A DNA stretch of 64,000 nt from Takakia lepidozioides (lineage: Eukaryota > Plantae > Bryophyta), in contig CM060732.1 of the NCBI GenBank assembly GCA_030704615.1, positions 78,492,001 to 78,556,000 on the forward strand, given 5' to 3'. Position 1 is the first letter of the stretch; each line of letters starts with the position of its first letter. Below, piece after piece: positions 61,101 through 64,000 of the stretch. The notes beneath the pieces are model-generated. The model saw only the letters and a program-made list of their open reading frames with translations. It ran no database searches and was not told where the DNA came from. The position numbers and the translations under genes were made by a program.

Positions 61101-61438
61101 CATGATAATGGAGGTGGGTTAGATCACCGACTGTCTATCCCTCTTGCCATTGTTTGTATGATCAATCAAGCACAGATTGCCGTATTGTACTAGAAAAGCT
61201 ATCCCTTTTTACACATTATATGTGCAGCTCAATAGGCCACTCACAACAGTCGAACAAGCTAGCACAGAAGCTGATTGGGTGCTGTGGGAGGGGATTGGGG
61301 ACAGAGGGTCCAGAACATGGGTTTGCAAACTTCTGGATCACAGATTCGTGTCCGAACACAGTGAAAGAGATCATGGGAAGGCCACCATTTGAGGTCCTCA
61401 GCTTGGCAGGTTCCATAGCTGCAGCATTACACATCTGA
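58103..61438 (+). CDS. PRS4: Class II (phosphate-independent) ribose-phosphate pyrophosphokinase, PRS3/PRS4-like. Exons 58103-58549, 58757-58848, 59321-59636, 59977-60072, 60325-60393, 60649-60777, 61014-61113, 61305-61438.
   Basis: [78 protein letters not shown] and [23 protein letters not shown]. All introns are GT-AG. The start codon is uncertain (58103 or 58385). Confidence 0.93.
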
Positions 61439-63185
61439 AGCAAGTAGTCCTGCTAGTGAGTATTGCACTCTAGATCATGACATTTTGCAGTGTCCAGGTA
61501 TTGAGAGCTGTAGTTCACATTTGAGTTCCAAGAGCTCTAGTTTGGTCAGAACAGAACCCAGACACGTATGTGAGAGGGCCCTAAGCATGTCCACAGTTTT
61601 CAGGGCCATTGTACACATCATATAGATTAATAAAGCTCAGTTAGCTTCGGAGATTCCATAAAAGAAAATAAATGAACAGCTGTTGCTTAACCCTCAAAGG
61701 ACCATGGGGTGGCTGTAAATGGGCCTTGCAAACCAGGCCCCCTTGCACCTTTCCGAACCATAGCTCCAGCTTCACACGAATCTGAACAATCCACCCTAGG
61801 ATTGGATGCCCAACTACCCATTCAATGCAACAAACAAACCGAAATGCACCATTGGATCTCCGAGATTATAAGGTTTGATTTTGGGCCAATGGTGAAATCA
61901 ACATATCTTGTCTCCCTCAAATCTTGTATGGCGAAATAAGTGAAACACATGTTTTCCAAATGGCATTGGAAAGTGGAACAGACTCCACTTCATAATCAAG
62001 TCAAGCATGTGTGGAAAAATTTATCTCTAAATACACAGATTTCATGAGACCTTCAATTACCCAGATGGGGTAGGTGAACAATTTTACTAGCTGTTCAATG
62101 GCGAACTAGTGACTATGGCATGCCAAAATTGACTTTTCTAAGTCAGAAATAGCAAATAGCCATGATGACCATGTGCTGAAGCCAACATACATAGCCAGAC
62201 TTGTCCACATCATGTGAAGGCACACTTGACTTCGCCACTTCCTCCCAACTGCCTGTTTCAAGATCACAAAGTTGCTCCCTGGATCAAATCGATAGCGATG
62301 AGTTGTGCAGGGCATGCACATCCAAGGGCTGTCCAACAATTAGAGGTGGAAGGGCACGGCCCAAAACAGGCCGGGTGTCAAGTGTGAAATTGCCACTAAA
62401 GACGAGCTACAAAGTCGACTGTGGTCCTTAGGGCTGTGCAATGGACCAGGCTAGAACCAGCGAGCTCTAATGCTAAAAAGCCATAGACATCTGTCTGAAA
62501 ATAGGTTTACAAATCGCCTGTTATTACACAGCCTTACCAGGACCCCAACAGTATAAAGCATAGATGTCCATAAATCTTGCTCCATGTACAAAAAAACTGA
62601 TCGTATAAATGACCAAAACTATATGCAAGATACAAACACACAAGTGCAACAAGAAATTGATATTCACACATTAGTATGCACATTCTCTGTTGGTACATAT
62701 TTGGAATGTGTTGGCTTCTATTTTTAGCAGATATTTATGGATACTTTTTTCTTCCTAAGGTTATTGAATCTGGTCACTAGTGCCAGTGTTGAGAGGAACT
62801 CATTCTGATTTTGAGACTGGTTGCAATGAACTGGTCAATGCTTGTTGTCCACTAAATCTCAGGGTAGGACTTGCTGTAGTCCATTGGTTGTTTTGAACCT
62901 GCCAAAGTCAAGCACCCAGCCATACACAAGGTCTCAGCCACGTATTGCAAAAATAAAGCCAAATGCCTTCTTCTCCATTTGCCAAACCCTTGAAAGTGGA
63001 GAACACGGGAAGGCTGGAATCAAGCTGACAGACCACAGTAAGCCCTCCTAGTGGAATCAATTTCAGAGAGCTAGTAGAGAAGAAGAAAGCAGACGAAATT
63101 TATTACATTCACTGGAAACCCAAGGACCTAAGAGCAGTACGAGAAAGGAAGTTTAGCATGCTGCTCAGGAATGTACTCATTGCAT

Positions 63186-63208
63186 GAGAGAGAGAGAGAG
63201 AGAGAGAG
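63186..63208. repeat. (GA)n microsatellite
   Basis: Directly visible. Confidence 0.9.
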
Positions 63209-63869
63209 GTTAGCAACAACCTGCAAGTAAGGCATCATTTTGGCTCAGTTGCAAACGGTGCTAGAGTGGGAGCATATGAGCTCGAGTCCCGTGGGTATCT
63301 TGCTGGTATCTATGAATCCACCATGGAGTCAGTCAATGGTTACCCTCTACAACCAAAATATCTTGTTTGCAGAAGGAAAAACAATGGTCAACCAAGATAG
63401 GAGGCCACAGTAACATAAACTACCCCGTATCTTTACAGATCTCATCTGCATTGCACTCTACAACCCTCCATAACAATGTTTGTTTTTGGGGTGGAGACAG
63501 TGAGATATGAGTGCACTGCAAAAGTTGACCTACCGTGCTTCACAAAGAGCTGAAACGAGACCACCAAGCCCATCTATGAGGACACTATGAATATGGCTAC
63601 TGTGGCCTTCTTACAACGGGTAATCCCTGGAGCCAATCTCAGAGGTTTCATGTACATCAGAGCAGTATTTGACTAGAAGTCAGGATGAATATCTACCCTG
63701 TTGTAGTGTGTTTCGTCACGATCCCAGGGCGCCTGGTGCGCCTTCTGCTGGTTCGGCTGCAACCCCCCATCAACGTTTAGACAAGTTTTAGGAATGCAAG
63801 GACAGGATCCTATGCTTGTGCACCTTCAATTTAGTACACCTGTATATCCGTGTTCAAAAGTGAAAGACA

Positions 63870-63998
63870 TCAAAATCCACACAAGCCTCTCTGAGCTTCT
63901 TCAGAGCCGGTAAGTGCCTTCCGCTGCTGGGCACTAGGCTTAGGTTCAAACCAAGTGAGTAGGTTGCCTACCACTGTGTAGTCAGTGAACTCAGCTGG
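63870..63998 (-). CDS. Possible C-terminal end of a gene entering from the right edge of the window
   Basis: The only open minus-strand frame at the edge reads PAEFTDYTVVGNLLTWFEPKPSAQQRKALTGSEEAQRGLCGF*. It is followed by a GT..AG intron-like stretch in the putative 3'UTR. Confidence 0.3.
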   Translation of the reverse strand, partial: PAEFTDYTVVGNLLTWFEPKPSAQQRKALTGSEEAQRGLCGF

Positions 63999-64000
63999 GA

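Overview
Nuclear DNA of a land plant, probably seed-free (a bryophyte, lycophyte or fern; inferred from the gene content). Conventional spliced genes: a URGT-type nucleotide-sugar transporter (10284-13350), a frameshifted FBL14-like F-box/LRR gene (51300-53717) and a class II PRPP synthetase (58103-61438). The main signal is a locally multiplied gene that fuses OSB-type PDF single-stranded-DNA-binding motifs to a PLS-E-DYW PPR deaminase. Three PDF motifs, each split across two small exons, lie upstream of a single large PPR-DYW exon. Copy 2 (ORF 25779-28682) is intact. Copy 1 (16718-19029) is frameshifted by a 592-bp deletion. An older 5'-only relic lies at about 1760-6060. An AT-rich 3-kb island with an intronless 747-aa F-box-associated/kelch-like ORF separates copies 1 and 2. 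A 12.6-kb TIR/TSD-bounded Mutator-like element (SWIM-type transposase plus a convergent Ulp1-protease gene, both disabled) sits at the same 8-bp target as two stacked hAT-like MITEs. More hAT-like MITEs, a second partial MULE, LINE remnants and tRNA-derived SINE heads make up much of the rest. All family assignments come from motif recognition; no database search was run.
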